NCBI GenBank assembly: GCA_964016885.1
Contig: OZ024746.1
Coordinates: forward strand, 50,716,001-50,780,000
Length of the DNA: 64,000 nt
Reading direction: 5' to 3'
From: Eledone cirrhosa
Taxonomy: Eukaryota
The notes beneath the pieces are model-generated. The model saw nothing but the letters and a program-made list of their open reading frames with translations, searched no databases and was not told the DNA's origin. The position numbers and the translations under genes were made by a program. Below, piece by piece: positions 52,855 through 64,000 of the stretch. How positions within the stretch are numbered: the stretch's first letter is position 1; each line of letters opens with the position of its first letter.

Positions 52855-53322
52855 TCGGGTCACTCTTGAGTGCTACTGGTAACATGTAACCCAGTACAAC
52901 CTGTCGCAAGGTCGGGTCGTCGGCAATTAAACCGATAACCCAACCAAGTTTACTTGGTGAGGAGGGGGATTTTGGAGACCCTGCAGGACAAAAGACAAAC
53001 CTGACCGGTCGCGCGGTTAAACCACTGGGAGTGAAGGACCCCTAGACTTTGTCAGGGCATTCTTCTAGGAGAGGCAACTCAGGAAACCGGGATAACTCCG
53101 ATATAAAACCTGCGACTCAATAGTTACCGATGTTGTTAATCTTTTCTTCTTTTCGGGTTATAGCTACTGTCGCTCAGAGAGTGGGATTGGCTCAGTGCAC
53201 AGTCTTTCCTCACTTTAAAAAATATCTTCACGCACAGGCATTGCATGATAGAATTAATTAATAATTATTAATAATGGTATATCGTGCAATGGCCATACTC
53301 GATAACGAGGTGGCAGCCATCA
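52855..53322 (+). mobile_element. Bipartite non-autonomous RTE derivative, family A
   Basis: RTE 5' UTR joined at the ATT tract to the ~40 nt 3' tail tcgtgcaatggccatactcgataacgag. Confidence 0.85.
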
Positions 53323-53594
53323 TCTTGTATCTATGTATGTAAGTATCCATATATATATATATATATATATATACGTACTCACGCATGTATATTTATATAC
53401 ATGCATGTGTGTGTGTCTATGTGTGTATGTATATACAGGAATGCGTTTATACCAGTATATGTCGAAAAGAGTGTGTGTGTGTGTGTGTGTGAGAGAAAGA
53501 AAGATAGACATTCCTTAATGAGTATGTGTAATAAATTATATATATTTAAGACTAGTATATTTATTAATGTTATATATATGTGTATATAAATATG

Positions 53595-53649
<55 letters not shown>

Positions 53650-53651
<2 letters not shown>

Positions 53652-53840
53652 CGCAGGAGGTGTGGTAAGGAACCAGATGGACCATAACGCACCAGAGTAC
53701 TCAATACTTAGGGTAGTAGAGTGGGTAATAGGAAAATGTTTAACCTCGACTGCAGAGCTCAAGCCGTTTTGACGACTATTTCTGGACAGAAATAGCCGTC
53801 GAAACGGCTTGAGCTCTGCCGTCGGGGTCAAACATTTTCC
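53650..53840. mobile_element. Fold-back PLE pLTR relic, family P1 (copy 4)
   Basis: Same layout as the other P1 copies. Confidence 0.75.
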
Positions 53841-53860
53841 TATATATATATGTATATATA

Positions 53861-54204
53861 GTTTAGCGAGGTTTTTTTTATATGAAATCGTGTGTCGAAA
53901 CAAATATTGTTATACTTGGGGAGGGTCATATTTGTGCCAGAATTAATAACAGAACACACTCACTGTTTGGTTGGTTTTCGCTTCTCGCTGTCTTTTATAT
54001 CTGCGATCTAACTTAATCGGTCCTCAATGTTGCCATTGACTGACCGACGGTCAAAAATAATAGATACAATATAGACACAAACAGATTAAGTTAGATCGCA
54101 GATATAAAAGACAGCGAGAAGCGAAAACCAACCAAACAGTGAGTGTGTTCTGTTATTAATTCTGGCAATATTACACAAATATGACCCTCCCCAAGTATAA
54201 CAAT
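53861..54204. mobile_element. Fold-back relic of a Naiad-type pLTR end
   Basis: Arms 53904-54018 / 54084-54204 end atgaccctccc(c)aagtataacaat like the Naiad 3' end at 30075; ~45 bp extra tail on the left arm. Confidence 0.75.
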
Positions 54205-54333
54205 ATATATATATATATATATATATGTGTGCGTGTCTGTGTGTGTACGTATGTATACACACACACGCCTATCTATTTATCCATCTTTCTCGCTTTCCTT
54301 CTCTCTTTTTCTCATTTTCTGCCCCCCCCCCCC

Positions 54334-54372
<39 letters not shown>

Positions 54373-55618
54373 CTCACACATATATATATAGACATACATA
54401 TATATACACATATACTTATAAACATACCCAAAAATGCACCCCCGACCCGCATTCATACCCATTGTCAGATCACGGTTCATCTTTTTTCTTACCACCTCCT
54501 TCACCGCCGCCATATATTCCCCTCCCTTCCTTCCACCTCCACCACCACTACCACCGCCACCACCTCCACTCATCCCTTCCTTCTCGCTAGTTTCCTGTAA
54601 TTATCATTATTACCCACAATGCAATTCACTTCGTCTGTTCTAGTACAGCTGGTTATATAAATATATATATATATATATATATGTGACTGCCAGGCTGGCT
54701 GACTGACTCTGTTCTGTCGTGCTCTCGTTTACCAGAGAGGTCTTTTGTTATTATTACTGGCGAAATCTCTGCGCATCCCCTACGGAGTATGTTGTATTTT
54801 TAGGGGCCCAGCCTGCTTCTAATACTAGTAAGTGTTGTCTAACCACTTTTTATAAATGTGTTTATACATTTTTATAGATTTCAAATTATTTAAAATATAC
54901 TTTTCTTCATATATTTCTTGTTAGCCAACACACGTAGCAACATATTTATTATTTATATAGTTAGATAGATAGACATACGTATACACTTATACGCGTGTGC
55001 GCGCCTGCACTCTCTCACGCACATATATATATATATATATATATATCATACACACGGTTAGATGCTTATATATATACACGCATTCCTATACACCTAAATG
55101 TGTATGCACACACACACACACAATATCACACACACACATATACACATACACATGCTTAGATGCTTATATATACACGCATTCCTATCAACCGATATGTGTA
55201 TGCACACACCCACACCCACACATACACACACACATGTATATATACACACACACATGTGCATGAGTGCATATATACATACATCCTCGTATATGAGTGTGTG
55301 TGTGTGTGTGTGTGCGTGTGCGTACACATTTAAGTTTATAGGAATGCATGAATATATAAGCATCTACACACATATATATGTATACATATATATATGTATA
55401 TATACATGATGTGTAGATGTGTATGTGTGAAGGTGTGTTGAGCCATAGTTGAGCGGCTATCTCTCCAAACTCGGTGAACTGCGATCCAGGTTCGATTCCC
55501 ACTTTATGCTATTTAACTTAAGTTGATCAATAACCATAAAAGAATGGATGAACACCACATATTCTCATCGTGCTACCTGCCGAATACTGTGTTGTTGATT
55601 CCTATGTATTATGCTGAA

Positions 55619-55760
55619 GGCGCATGACTTAGTGGTTAGAGCATTGGGCTTGCAATCGAAAGGTTGTGAGTTCAATTCTCGGAACGGGTGATGTGTTGTT
55701 TCCTTGAGCAAGACACTTTATTTCACGTTGCTCCAGTTTACTCAGCTGTAGAAATGGGAT
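55619..55760 (+). mobile_element. tRNA-derived CORE-type SINE
   Basis: tRNA-like head (agtggttagagc...gagttcaattc) plus tccttgagcaagacactt...cagctgtagaaatggg; relative at 60509-60650. Confidence 0.7.
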
Positions 55761-56043
55761 GATAGGACTGGAGTCCCTATCATTCAATCACCCAAGACAC
55801 CTCCAACGAGATATACCTTGGAGGAGGCCATCTAAACCTGCATAGGTGTGAGCTGTCACACACACATGTATTATGCTATACTTTTATTCTTATACTGGCT
55901 TCAGTCATTAGATTGCGGCCATGCTGGAGTATCGTTTTGAAGGGATTTAGTTAATCATATCGACCACAGTAATAATATTTTAAATTCTGGTATTTATTTT
56001 ATTGACCACTTTTCACTGAAATGCTAGGTAACGGTACATAAAC

Positions 56044-56113
<70 letters not shown>

Positions 56114-56160
56114 CACACATATATACACATACATATATATTTATGTATATATATATTTAT

Positions 56161-56746
56161 GTCGGGTCACTCTTAAATGCTACTGGTAACATGTAACCAA
56201 GTACAACCTGTCGCATGATCGGGTCGTCGGCGACTAAACCGGTAACTCCACCAAGTTTACTTGGTGAGGAGGGAGATTTTGGACACCCTGTAGGACAAAA
56301 AAACCAAAACCTGACAAAGGGCAAAAGAACTCAAGAGTCAATGGCCATCCAAAAGTGTGTAAATATGTATATACACATGTACATATGTATGTATATGCGC
56401 GGGGACATAGAAATAGTCGGGCTGGACACCCGATCGCGCGGTTTAACCACTGGGAGTGAAGGACCTCTAGCCTTTGTCAGGGCATTCTTCTAGGAGAGGG
56501 AACTCAGGAAACTGGGATAACTCCGATATAAAACTTGCGGCTCAGTAGTTACCGATGATGTTGATCTTTTCTTCTTTTCGGGTTATAGCTACTGTCGCTC
56601 AGAGAGTGGGATTGGCTCAGTGCACAGTCTTTCCTCACTTTAAAAAATATCTTCACGCACAGGCATTGCACGATAGAATTAATTAATAATTATTAATAAT
56701 GTTATATCGTGCAATGGCCATACTCGATAACGAGGGGGCAGCCAGC

Positions 56747-56747
<1 letters not shown>
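56161..56747 (+). mobile_element. Bipartite non-autonomous RTE derivative, family A (longer copy)
   Basis: Homologous to 52855-53322 and 35056-35350; followed by (TATG)n. Confidence 0.85.
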
Positions 56748-56777
<30 letters not shown>

Positions 56778-56791
56778 TGTATGTATGTATG

Positions 56792-57450
56792 TTTTCTCTT
56801 CCTCTTAATTTCGAGTATATTTTTTTGACCGGCCACCTTCCTGGTGGCAAGGTTGTAAAAGAAAAGAAATTGTCATCCCTTGAATCGCAAGAATGTTTTG
56901 CAAATGTTGAAGGTGCCAGCTATTGCAGCCATTTGTAGACTATGAATTAGGGAGCTGCGCTTTTTGTCCGCAAATCCAAGTTCAGTCATACTTTGGTCCA
57001 AGCGGGTTGGTATATAACCCGTAGCATCAATAATGATGGGTATGAAGCTAAAGGTGTATCTTGGATACTGGATTTGTAAACTCCTCATCAATGGTCCGTA
57101 GATGTCCTCCTTCTCCTGTATTTTTCTGACAACGTTTACATCAAGTGGGCAGCTGATCTCCACAACAGAACACGTTTTCAATGTGTGGTCCCAAACTACA
57201 ATATCAGGCCGGTTGTGCTTTAATTTAGTGGCAGTTTTTATTTTCAGGTTCCACCAGTATTCCTTAGTGCCATCTGTCTCAATATATTCTTCCTCGTTTG
57301 TTGTTAATTTTGTTTTCCGAAGTGCGTTCCAGATGGTTCTAGCTATCCCATCGTGTCTCATGGGGAGGTAGTAGCGAGATGACATTCTTTCGCAGCTGGC
57401 AACAATGTGGCTTACATCCTCGATCTTTGTTTTACATAGCCTACATTTAT
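56792..57450 (-). mobile_element. R4/Dong-like family B 3' fragment
   Basis: ORF 56873-57385 (RYYLPMRHD...RPDIVVWD...EISCP); (TATG)n both sides. Confidence 0.88.
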
Positions 57451-57474
57451 TATGTATGTATGTATGTATGTATG

Positions 57475-57513
<39 letters not shown>

Positions 57514-57548
57514 ATGTATGTATGTATGTATGTATGTATATATGTATG

Positions 57549-57580
<32 letters not shown>

Positions 57581-57862
57581 TATATATGTATGTATGTATA
57601 TAAGTATGTATGTATGTATGTATGTATATATATCTGTATATATATGTATGTATGTATGTATATATATCTGTATATGTATGTATGTATGTACGTTTATATG
57701 TATGTACGTATGTATGTTTATACGTGTATATATATATGTACGTATATACGTATGTATGTACGTATATACATACGTATGAATCTATGTATGTATGTATCTA
57801 TATATATATGTATGTATCTATATATGTATGTGTCTATATGTATGTATATATATATATATATA

Positions 57863-59408
57863 TTTTTAAGTCGTTTGGAAGCCTCGACAATGCAAATGGG
57901 TAAATCTCCGGGTAACAAGATCCGGTGGTGGAGAGAGAGATGTAAGTGGGTGTACGTTGAGATGCGTGGTGTGTATGAGACGTGTAGAAGAATGAAGGAA
58001 AGAGTATAAAGGATAAAATAGAAATAACAACACGAGAGAGAGTTACCTTGGGAGAGATTTAATAGTCCCTATATATTTCGGATTCACATCCATCAACTGG
58101 GGTTTTTCCGGGGTGGGGGAAAGGTTGTCTGTCGGACAGGTGCGAAACGCGTCCTCCGCTGTTTGTTGTTTTGAATATCTGAGGTATTCGGCAGAGCGCG
58201 CGTGCGCGTGAAATAGGGTCGGTCGGGCAGAGGTCAGCGGCCGAATGAGGGAGTGGGGTGGCTCTAGCTGTCAGTCCATTCTCTGCCTGTTTGTTAAATG
58301 TTACTGTGTGTGTGTGTGTGCGTGTGTTGTTGTCTCGCTTGAGTGTGTGTGTGTGTGCGTGTGTTGTTGCCTTGTTCCTCTGTATTGGCAGTGTAGTATG
58401 TTCGTATGGTGGAATGCTACTGTGTGTGTGTGCGTGCGTGTGTGTAGTTGTCTCGTTTGTGTGTGTGTGTGTGTGCGTGTGTTGCTGCATCGTTTGTTAG
58501 CTTAAACCAGCCATCTCATTTCGCTTCTCTCTGATCGGTTGTTTATTTGCGGTTGCATGCGTTTGATAAAAAGCGCTTCCTTGATACGTAACGTGCCAAC
58601 GTTTCTTTCAGTCGCTAGAATTGTGACAATGGGCCTTCCGTCTTTGTTTCCGCATTTGTCTATGTGTTTCCGGAAAGACGAGGCCCTGGTTTTAGTGTGT
58701 TCCTTGATCCGGATGTGCAAAGGTCGGATTGTGCTACCTATGTAGTATTGGTTGCACCTGTCACATTCTATCTTATACACGACGTATGTGCGTAGGCAAC
58801 AGTTCGCATGGCGTATCGGGCAGTCTCTGAGGGAGCATGCGTCAGTAGATTTCCTGGGTTTCCTGGAGAGGCATCTTCGCAGGGAGGGGCCCGAGTGGGC
58901 CAGGTGGATGTCGAGGCCCTCCCTCCGTATAGCCTTGCGGATAGCGTTAGTGGTATTCTCGCCCAGGTGTGGCATTTTAAGGAAGCACTTGCCTTGGGTG
59001 CCTCTCTGTCTCTTGCGTCTGATGTCTCCTATTCTGTCTGTGATCGAGGTAGGGTACCCGTTCGTCTCCAGCACCTCGAGGAATCGCTTGGTATGAGTGA
59101 CACCATTCGCGGGATCGCTGCATCTGTTTTTGATTCGCGCGATCTCGTTCGTGATGTATCCGCTTTTGGCACTGTTAGGAAGGGCGGACTTGTAGTGAAC
59201 GAACAGGTCCCTGCAGGCTGCCTTTCGGTAGAAGTTGCAGTGGATCCTTCCCTGTTCCGTGATGTTGATTCGGAAGTCGAGGAGGGCAAGTGACCCGTCT
59301 TCGTTGGGGTGTTCAACATTGAAGTCAATGTTCTCGTCCGTGTTGTTGAACGTCTCATAGATTCTGTTCGCCGTGTCTTGTGAGGATGAGGATATCGTCC
59401 ACGTACCT
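57863..59408 (-). mobile_element. PLE (Nematis/Neptune-like), truncated at RT YVDD, 3' end in (TA)n
   Basis: RYVDDI near 59400, LALLDF, FYRK, NGYP, linker CSLRDCPIRHANCC, VVYKIECDRC..YYIGSTIRPLHIRIKEH, EALFI...P.IN. Confidence 0.88.
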
Positions 59409-60055
59409 TGAGAAAAAGGCTACGGCGTTGGGGTGGCAGGCGTATGCACAGATTCCGTGTATCAAATTTTACAGACAAGTCATTTGTCAGCTCGAGCATA
59501 TAATAGAAGACACTTGCCCAAGTGGGACTTAATCCAACACCACGTAGTTGCGAAGCGAACCCGTTTACGACACAGCTATACCTACGTCTTTTGTATCACT
59601 TATAAAATATAGGTGATAGAGCAGAGACTCCCGATCAAAAGCATCCATCTGTGAGTGTCTCCTTTCCTCCAAGGCAGACATTGAGAGACATTTCATAACA
59701 TTGTTCAGTAACTAAATAATTAAGGGATGTTGTGACGTTTATTCATTTCTCAGTGAATGTACGTCGCCTTGTGGTTAGCCTGTAGGACTTACGGTGTAAT
59801 TTATCCAGAATACTTTTACTGACTGATATTTGCTATTAGTCGTAATCAAATGATTTAATTCTTAACGTCCTGTACCAAATGAAACCGCATTAGCACAAGA
59901 CACTCTTGAAAAGTACAAAACAGCACTATGGCAGCATCATATTAACATTTTTAAAAAATCTCCACTTTAATACTGCAGATTTTCACAACGATCTGTAGAG
60001 ATACGATAAACATTTGAATTAAGAAACCTGTTTTTAGATATTTTCTACTAAATCA

Positions 60056-60445
60056 TTACATGAGGTTAAGATGATATAATATGCCTTGGCAGCAGATATA
60101 ATTCTTTGTAGCTGTGTTTGGTGGAATAAAAATAACTTCAATCAGGAACTGATTTGAGCTAATTGGACCAATTACTTCCAATTGGGCTAGAATAATCGAC
60201 GTTTCGCTCGTCAGATACACACATTGCAATATATATGTAACATACAACTGGGCCCCGCATCTCCTAAGACCGACTCTGACTACAATAAGTAACCATAGGT
60301 TTGGAGTGGATCGAGATTTGAAGGAAGACCAGAGGTGCATTGGGCTGGAAATTCTTCCCACAGGCAGTTAACAAACCATTCCGTGAACAAAGGCTGTGTA
60401 ATCTAAAATAGCCTGTTAGATTTCCATATAATGGACAGGGTAGAT
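60056..60445 (-). pseudogene. pogo/Tigger-like DDE transposase fossil
   Basis: Minus frames give LSIIWKSNRLF*ITQPLFTEWF and IEVIFIPPNT...CCQGIL, resembling the pogo W..N.KAW.T..LF.EWF and V.FLPPN.T..QP.DQGII motifs. Confidence 0.6.
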
Positions 60446-61229
60446 TTGGAAACATCTATCATTGTTCTTGAAGTATAAGAACGACAGGTAATAGTTAAAG
60501 TTAGTGAAAGCACTTGGCTTAGTGGTTAGGATGTTTGTCTCACGACCATAAGGTCGTGGTTTCGATGACTGGGTCAAACGGTGCGTTGTGTTCTCGAGCG
60601 GGATACTGCCTTTCATGTTGTTCCAGTCCACTCAGCTGAGAAAAAAAGTGAGTATCAGCAACAGCTGGAGGCTAACCCAGCAACGGATTGGTGTCAGGTC
60701 AAGGGTGAGTCTTCATGATTGTCTTATCATTGAAAGAAACCTCTTATGATAAGCAATCTAATAGGAAGCCGGCTAAACCTACAAAGGTGTGAATTGTAAT
60801 TACAGTAGCTATAACGGCGTACAGGAAATTACAAAAGATGTAAGCCTGGAAGTCGAAACCAAGTTTGCAGACCCGGTTTACGGAGGCAGGAGCTCCTTCT
60901 TGTCTATATCTTTTACTGGTTTCACTTATTAGACTTTGGCTGTGATGGGGCTCCGTTATGAAGGGATTTTGTCGATTATATTGATTTATTTTTTGAAGTG
61001 TAGTACTTATCTTATCGATCTTTTTTTGTCGAACCATGAATGTTATGGGACAAAAACGAATCCAGACATAGAACGGCAAACACAAGTATATATATATATA
61101 TATATATATACATGTGAAAAAATGGGGAGAAGAATACTGCAGGTTGCACATGGATAACATGTTATAAAATGAGTCCCTCATCAGTGATTTGCCAACGATC
61201 ATAGATATTTCATTGCATTATATATATAT

Positions 61230-61541
61230 GTAATCAGATAGGGTATGGTAAAATACAAGGTGGACCATAACCCACCAGAATACTCGATACTTGGGGTAGT
61301 AGACTGGGTAATATGAAAAGATTTAGGACCCCGATGGCTGAGCTCCGGTCATTTCGACAGCTAAATCCGAACTAAAGCGCCAGTATTCGAACGGCGGGAA
61401 TCTAGCTGAACTTATCGTATGCCCATATATGGACTGTATCCTTGATAAGTTCAGCTATATTCCCGCCGTTCGAATACTGGTGCTGTAGTCCGGATCTAGC
61501 TGTTGAAACGGCCGGAGCTCAGCCTTCGGGGTCCTGAATCT

Positions 61542-61546
<5 letters not shown>
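61230..61546. mobile_element. Fold-back PLE pLTR relic, diverged relative of P1
   Basis: Tail homologous to P1 (ggaccataac..ccaga.tactc.atactt.gggtagtaga); ~105 bp inverted arms 61312-61417 / 61444-61546. Confidence 0.7.
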
Positions 61547-61590
<44 letters not shown>

Positions 61591-61594
<4 letters not shown>

Positions 61595-62210
61595 TTAGTT
61601 AAGAAAAGCAAGACCACAAATTTCATAAGGAAGACATTATTAAAAGATTGTCAACATATTTTAGTTTGATGTAAGGAATGTAGAGGATAATAATAATAAT
61701 AATATTAATAATAATAATGTCCGTTTACAATTGTTTCGTTACTCCATATAATATTTCTGGATCAGATGACTATATATCATAATTGATCTGGTTCAGTTGA
61801 AAATAATTAACATATTTAAAAAAATAGAGTGGCTCATCGGAACTAAAAGGAATATAAATTAAAATAATGTTACATAATATAATGTTCCATATATTGATTT
61901 TTACTATGGTGCCTTGGTTGCATTAGCTGTCAGCCATAATCAAGCAGTATTCATCTGTCGAGGCTGCATTGTGTGAGATCTGCCTATGGGTCATAGGCAG
62001 ATCTCATACAATGCTTTGCTTAACTAATGAATATTTCCAGCTCTGCGCACCTAACCTCTGCATGAACCCAGCCACCTAGCTGCTTTCTACTGCATATTGC
62101 ACATTGAGCACATGCCTTTACGCTTTGGCTTCTAACTAACTCACCAATCTTTCCTCTCATATCTCCTCTACTATCTCCATCTCTCTCTTTAAGATTGGTT
62201 ACTCTTGAAC

Positions 62211-62212
<2 letters not shown>
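61591..62212 (-). mobile_element. PLE 3' relic with degenerate hammerhead, junction hairpin and inverted tail
   Basis: Hammerhead-like motif 61723-61843; 61591-61610 vs 62012-62031 is a 19/20 inverted match; hairpin 61966-62014; (TA)n flanks. Confidence 0.6.
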
Positions 62213-62272
<60 letters not shown>

Positions 62273-62275
<3 letters not shown>

Positions 62276-62388
62276 ATAATAATAATAAATTTGAAGACTA
62301 AAATCCAAAGAGGGCTCGACAAGGATAAATATATATCAAATATATAAGAACCGTAGAGCAAATATTTATTTGCTTAAACTTTAATCTG

Positions 62389-62396
<8 letters not shown>
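62273..62396 (+). mobile_element. Minimal (~125 bp) copy of the 11951-13268 Hydra-type family
   Basis: 62273-62364 is the reverse complement of 13179-13267; 62369-62395 is the reverse complement of 11957-11983. Confidence 0.85.
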
Positions 62397-62427
<31 letters not shown>

Positions 62428-63369
62428 AGACTTCCGCACTATTTCTGTCTTCCAAATTTCACTAACAGGGTGTCATGCAGTGGGACTAAACCCCAAATCG
62501 CATTGTTGTCAAACGAACTTCTTAACCACACAGACATGCCTACACCTATAATAATGCTTCTTTACATAGACACATGTATGTATGTGTATGGAGTTGGGGG
62601 ACCAATTATATTGAATCCCAGTATGCAACTGGTACTTTATTTTCTCAATCCCATAAGATGAAAGAGAAATGTTGAGGTTGGCTTCAACATAAAGGGAGAC
62701 ATAACTAAATACTACAAAGCTTCATGCCCGGTTCTCTAGCGATTCTGGCAATTTATCATTACCGTACACTGAGGGCTTCTATGTGGTTACTGAACCCACT
62801 GAAAATAGCAGCCAAATTCCCTTAAATCACGCCCAGCCAAATTCTGTCTAAGAAAGGGACACGTTAGATAATGTGGATCCTGGGTTTCCAGCATATCGGA
62901 AAACAATAGGATGATCACGATTGGAATGTTTATGATAATGGGTGTGCTTGATCAACACCGATAGACCTGGGGTTAAACAACTACGTAAAATAAGAGAACA
63001 GGTTAAGTACCGAATTAAATTGTTTGATATTCTACAGTTATCTCCCTTCAGGTTGAGGTCATCCTTTACTTTCGTCCGGCACTGGTTTGGTAAAATAAGT
63101 ACCAGTAATGCGCTGGTTATATCTCTCTTCTTTCCTAAATAAGTACCAGTTATACAATCGTCCCATCTAACTCTTCTATCAAATAAGTACCAGCTGTGTA
63201 CTGGATCCATCTAAATCCTCTCCGCAACCAAATAAACAACAGTCATTTATCAGTTTTATTTAATTCTAAAAACACCAAACATGTACCAGTCATGTACTGG
63301 TTCTATTTAAACTGCTGTCTCTCTTAAAATATATACCAAAAATAGAATGATTTCTTGTATAGAAATCAG

Positions 63370-63560
63370 TAATTTTTGGGGAGTGTAAAGTTTATTAAAT
63401 CGAACCCAGTACGTTACTGGTGCTTTATTTTATCGACCCCGTAAGGATGAAAGGCAAAGTTAAACTCGGCGGGATTTGAACTCAGACCGTAAAGGGCCGT
63501 AACTCTATGCTGTAAAATATGGTGTTCAACTCTACCGATACTGCCAATCCACCGCCCCAA
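63370..63560 (-). mobile_element. MetaSINE
   Basis: Reverse Meta core tttatcgaccccgtaaggatgaaaggcaaagtt...gggatttgaactcag and head ctaccgatactgccaatccaccgcc. Confidence 0.85.
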
Positions 63561-64000
63561 AACCAGAAATGTAACGGTGTTCATTTTCTAACCCCTCCAC
63601 AAATTTGTAGCCTTGCTCTTGATGCAAAATACTTAAACCACTTTTTTAATATCACAGTGTTGAACAGTATTGTTTTGATGGTGTCTCAACCCACGGATAT
63701 TACTGGTACTTCTCTTAAGCTTACGAGCTCGGTCTAGATGTTTGCATAATTTTGATTTCATATATTTGAAAACATAACAACAACAAAAAGAACAATAACA
63801 ACTCTAAGAAAAATAACGTTAAAAAATAGTTTCCATCAATAACAACAGCAGCAGCAATAGCAATAACAGCTGATGGATTCTCCGTCGGTTTCGACAATGA
63901 GCATTCAGTTGTTCGACTCGTGGTCGAAAATTTCATAGACACTTATAATTCATATTCGGAATCTGCGTGTAAAGCCAACCAAACCTTTGAATTACAAGTA

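Noticed and set aside
55430-55505. tRNA-like sequence with a B box (ggttcgattccc)
   Set aside because: No complete cloverleaf; more likely a SINE head. The same applies to the other A/B-box hits, so no tRNA gene is called.
57379-58009. Numerous MYVC/YI/HT/CV repeat ORFs here and throughout the track
   Set aside because: Artefacts of (TATG)n, (TA)n and (CA)n microsatellites.
61150-61215. Minus-strand GAAA...tgat/atca-CTGATGA, a possible permuted hammerhead
   Set aside because: Stems II and III do not pair.
63090-63300. Repeated aaataagtaccag units with variable spacers, superficially CRISPR-like
   Set aside because: The unit is the end of the MetaSINE core, spacing is irregular, the context is eukaryotic and no cas genes are present.
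63721-63942. Ser/Thr stretch plus hydrophobic segment resembling a membrane-protein exon
   Set aside because: Hydrophobicity comes from GCT/GTT/TTG simple repeats; splice sites are weak.

Overview
Eukaryotic, AT-rich DNA saturated with microsatellites and made almost entirely of nested transposable elements. The SINE cores and repeat style suggest a coleoid cephalopod such as Octopus (inference). No host gene can be called with confidence; there is one weak exon candidate. Contents: six Tx1-clade (L1-like) LINE copies, five in (TATC)n and one near full-length in (ATT)n; R4/Dong-like restriction-endonuclease LINEs in (TATG)n; an RTE LINE with three C-terminal C2H2 fingers plus bipartite non-autonomous derivatives; many Penelope-like elements (PLEs; Naiad-, Hydra- and Nematis-like) ending in (TA)n; two Helitrons; hAT and Tc1/mariner MITEs; a pogo/Tigger fossil; Meta- and CORE-type SINEs. 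Most interesting signals: (1) several hammerhead ribozymes readable by eye; (2) a recurring PLE insertion architecture (5'-truncated body plus an inverted pLTR arm carrying an extra tail) in at least five unrelated families, collapsing to 125-340 bp fold-back relics; (3) an in-frame TGA at a conserved Cys of a Naiad GIY-YIG domain (possible selenocysteine); (4) partitioning of microsatellite types among retroelement clades, with the RTE carrying landing pads used by the others. All calls were made by eye, without database searches; boundaries are approximate.
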